A stretch of DNA of 64,000 nt from Octopus sinensis (Eukaryota): NCBI RefSeq assembly GCF_006345805.1, contig NC_043001.1, positions 127,720,001 to 127,784,000 of the forward strand. Reading direction: 5' to 3'. The notes beneath the pieces were generated by a model that saw only the letters and a list, made by a program, of their open reading frames with translations, was not told the DNA's origin and did no database searches. Shown here piece by piece: positions 60,549 to 64,000 of the stretch; positions within the stretch are counted from its first letter, which is position 1, and each line of letters opens with the position of its first letter. A program made the position numbers and the translations under genes.

Positions 60549-61062
60549 TTAACTTTAAATCAGTTGAACTGATCACTTAAACTGCCAGCTGAAAACACAC
60601 ATAATCATTATCATCATTTTTACATCCACATTTTCCATGTCATTAGATAAAATTTGAAGCAATATTCTCTGGCTACATGACCTTCTTGCCACAGTATTCT
60701 TATGCTGATGACCTTGTTGCCAACTCTTATTTGTTTCCAAGTAAGATGCCTATTCCCCTAGTCTCTTATGTGATGGACTGTTCAATAGCCAGACATCTTT
60801 TTACATGGTATAAACAATGATGCTGCTGAATAAATGGTGACATTGTTTTATATGTTCAAGGGTGGGCTGAAAAGTTTATAGGCTGACCACAATGTAATGG
60901 TTGAATTTGACCAAATGCATTTTATTTTTCAACATAGTCTCATTATCTCAATATATAGCAGAAATATTTTCATGTAAGGACCACTATCAACATTTCATGT
61001 TAGAGTTATTTATCAATCAATGCCATTCTAATTTTATAAAGTTTATTCTTTCTATTTTTTTA

Positions 61063-61385
61063 ACTTGTTTCAGTCATTAACTGTGGCCATGCTGGAGCAC
61101 AGCCTTTAGTCGAGCAAATTGACCCCGGGACTTATTCTTTGTAAGCCCAGTACTTATTCTATCGGTCTCTTTTGCCAGACCACTAAGTGACAGGGACGTA
61201 AACACACCAGCATCAGTTGTCAAGCGATGTTGGGGGGACAGACACAGACACACACATATATATATACGACAGGCTTCTTTCAGTTTCCGCCTACCAAATC
61301 CACTCACAAGGCCTTGGTCAGCCCGAGGCTATAGCAGAAGACACTTGCCGAAGATGCCACGCAGTGGGACTGAACCCGGAACTAT
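61063..61385 (-). mobile_element. SINE family 1
   Basis: Reverse complement of the consensus. Confidence 0.8.
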
Positions 61386-62049
61386 GTGAAATAACATCTC
61401 AACACAGCTGACATCTCTCACTTGCAATAACTTATACCAGGAAACAGAGCAAAGTAGAGCTCTGCTTTTATACTATGAGGCTTAATTACAGTTAAAAGGC
61501 AGCATGAATGAAGAATTAATAGATGTTACTACATTACTGCCAGCAATGTGAATCCCAAAACAAAATCTTTGATGATGATAATTACTTCTAACATAGGAAT
61601 AAGGCCAGAAACTAGGAGAGAGTAGGTTGCTTAAATCAATCTTTGTACCAGTACTTTATTTTATCAATACCGAAACAATGAAAGGCAAAGTTGACCATAG
61701 CAGAATTTGAACTCAGAACACAAAGAGCTGGAATAAATATTATGCTGCCAATCCACTACCCTAGTAATCAGAATAATCTTTCTATAAGATTATTTTATCC
61801 TACCAAGACACTGTAGCCTTTCAATTTAACATCTCCAGCACTGCCAAGAAATGCTCCTTCTTCACTTAGCTTTTACTGTTTTACCAATTAAATGAATGAT
61901 GGCATCACTCACACTCAAACATGAATATTGGATTGACCAATGAGATCTTTTTCATTAGTATACTAGTGGCTCTAGACTTTTCAACTTTTCTGATTGTCCC
62001 ATCTTCTAGCCTGCTTAGATCAAGATGCATTGCTTTGTGAGACTGTACC

Positions 62050-62830
62050 AAGTAGATCTTACAGCACAAAGCTCTACCATGATTGGTTATTATTGCAATC
62101 TTTTAGAGAGGCTTAGAGAGTTTCTTTGCAGTATTTGCCAGCATGTTAACTGACCAGATATTACCCACCAATCGATTCACTGTAGAAAAGAAATTTAAGA
62201 AAATCTTCATTCATTCTGGCAGTATGACCAGATCACTGCAGCTGGACTCCACACAAAAGAGTACAGATACTAAGTAACACTGCGTGATTGAGGACCTCAG
62301 TATCTAGGACCTTGCCCTGCAAATGAATACTCAGCATTTTGCACAGATAGACTTGTGAAAAGTCCATGTCACATTGGCATACAGCAAAGTTGGTAGAATA
62401 ATGAAACTGTAGACCTTCATCTTGGTTTGGAAGCTGGGACTTTTCCTCACTCAGATAATCTTACAAAGGTGATGCTGGCCTTGGAAATTCTGCTGTTAAT
62501 TTTATCATCAATGCAGAGGACTCTTAAGAGAATGCAACCAAGGAATGTAAATCTGTCAATGGTCTTATCTTTGACTAAGATTGCAGGCACTATGTACTAT
62601 TTGTGAGGAACAGCCTGGTACATGACTTTGGGGGTTTTCTGTGCTGATGGTTGAAGGACAAAGTCACCACAAACAGAGAAGAAACATTTTTTGTATTTCC
62701 AACTTTCAAACACTGAGCTTCCATTGACAGCAGTTGCCTACAAACAACTCACATAGAGTCCTCCTTCATCTTGGTTTCCGCCTTGAGCCTTCTCAGGTTA
62801 AAGAGCCATCAGTACAATAGTGTATGGTAA
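62050..62830 (-). mobile_element. Decayed RTE-BovB-like RT C-terminal region
   Basis: LFNLRRLKAETK and TKMKVYSFIILPTLLYANVTWT peptides with stops and frameshifts. Confidence 0.75.
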
Positions 62831-64000
62831 AACAAACTTCCCCGACCAAAATACACCAGTTATTATGGCTGAAAACAAGCTGAAGAGAATGGGTGCCAGT
62901 ACAGAATATTGCTTAACATCATTTGTAACTTGGAATATCACCATGGCTCTCCATCACCATTTACACTATAAATGCATGCATCTATGCACATTATATACAT
63001 AAAGACACGCAATAATATATACATAAATGTACAATTTATACATACACACAAACACATACATGCATACAAGAGAGTGAGAAAGAGAGCTATGAACTAGCTT
63101 ATTTATATACACCAATTTATACATGTTTATGATACAGAATTAAAGATTTAACTTTTTTTTTTTCAATAATAATAATGATTTCATACATTGGCACAAGGCC
63201 ACAAATTGTAGGAGTACAATAGTCAATTGAATTGAACCCCTGTACAAAGCTGGTACCCATTTTTATTGAGTCCAGAAGGATGAAAAGCGATGTCAAACCC
63301 AGCAGGATTTGAATTCAAAACATGAAGGAACATAACTAAATACCACAGGGCATTTGGTCCGGCACTGTACCATCTCTGCCAGCTCAACAATAAATGATGA
63401 TGATTATTTTCCAAATGTGTGTGAAGCCTCAGAATTATTAGAGGAGAACTGTGATAATGTGCTGTAAATGGTTTTCACAAAAATGCTAGTGAGCAAAGAG
63501 AAATGGTCCTATAACAGAATTGAAATCAAGTCGAAGACTTGGATTACTTGGCACTCTGCCACTGACCACAATAATGAGGATGTAATTTGTTTAATTAGCC
63601 ATTAATGTAAGAATTATTCGAGAGTAGAAATAGTAAATTATTGATCATGTTCACCATCACAAATAGAATTAAGATAATAAAAATTGTTTCTAATTTAGGT
63701 ACAAGGCCAGCAATTTTGATTATATTAACCCCATTTCTTGACTGGTACTTCACTTTTTGACTTCTAAAAGGATGAAAGGCAAAGTTGACATTGACAGGAT
63801 TTGAACCCAGAATGCCAGCTAGAAAAAATGCCATGGAGCATTTTCTTAACACTCTAACAAGTTTGCTCAAATAATAATGAATGTTTCTTACATTGGCACA
63901 AATTAGTAATTTTCAGAGGAAAGTTGTGGTTGTGTTGTCAATCAACAAAAAGGCAACTGACCTTCGCCTACTATATATCACATAATTTTTTTACTGAACC

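Noticed and set aside
60856-60960. Complete mariner element
   Set aside because: Only a TIR-like left end (caagggtgggctgaaaagtt) is visible, with no partner TIR or transposase.

Overview
AT-rich, microsatellite- and retroposon-dense animal genomic DNA, most likely from an octopod cephalopod (inferred from the SINE/RTE repertoire and (TA)n/(CAT)n content). The only host gene I can support is the 3' part of BBS2 on the + strand: 10 GT-AG coding exons from 1059 to 25555. They splice in frame into 341 aa plus a stop and match the BBS2 C-terminus. Upstream exons lie outside the window, and I found no host gene in 26-64 kb. Nearly all other supplied ORFs are microsatellite, SINE or VNTR artefacts, or LINE/transposase relics. 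Mobile DNA includes three tRNA-derived SINE families, young RTE LINEs with a 3'-UTR VNTR and (GAT)n tail, CR1 3' ends, mariner relics, piggyBac/hAT/Merlin-like MITEs and Helitron-like elements. The most unusual signals are: (i) about nine long inverted repeats (26-200 bp arms), three of which enclose hammerhead-ribozyme motifs of unrelated sequence, plus further minimal or variant hammerheads in short (TA)n-embedded elements; (ii) an RTE insertion with a 132-bp target-site duplication; (iii) an RTE fragment with a twin-priming-type 5' inversion. All structures were read by eye. No folding, alignment or database search was run.
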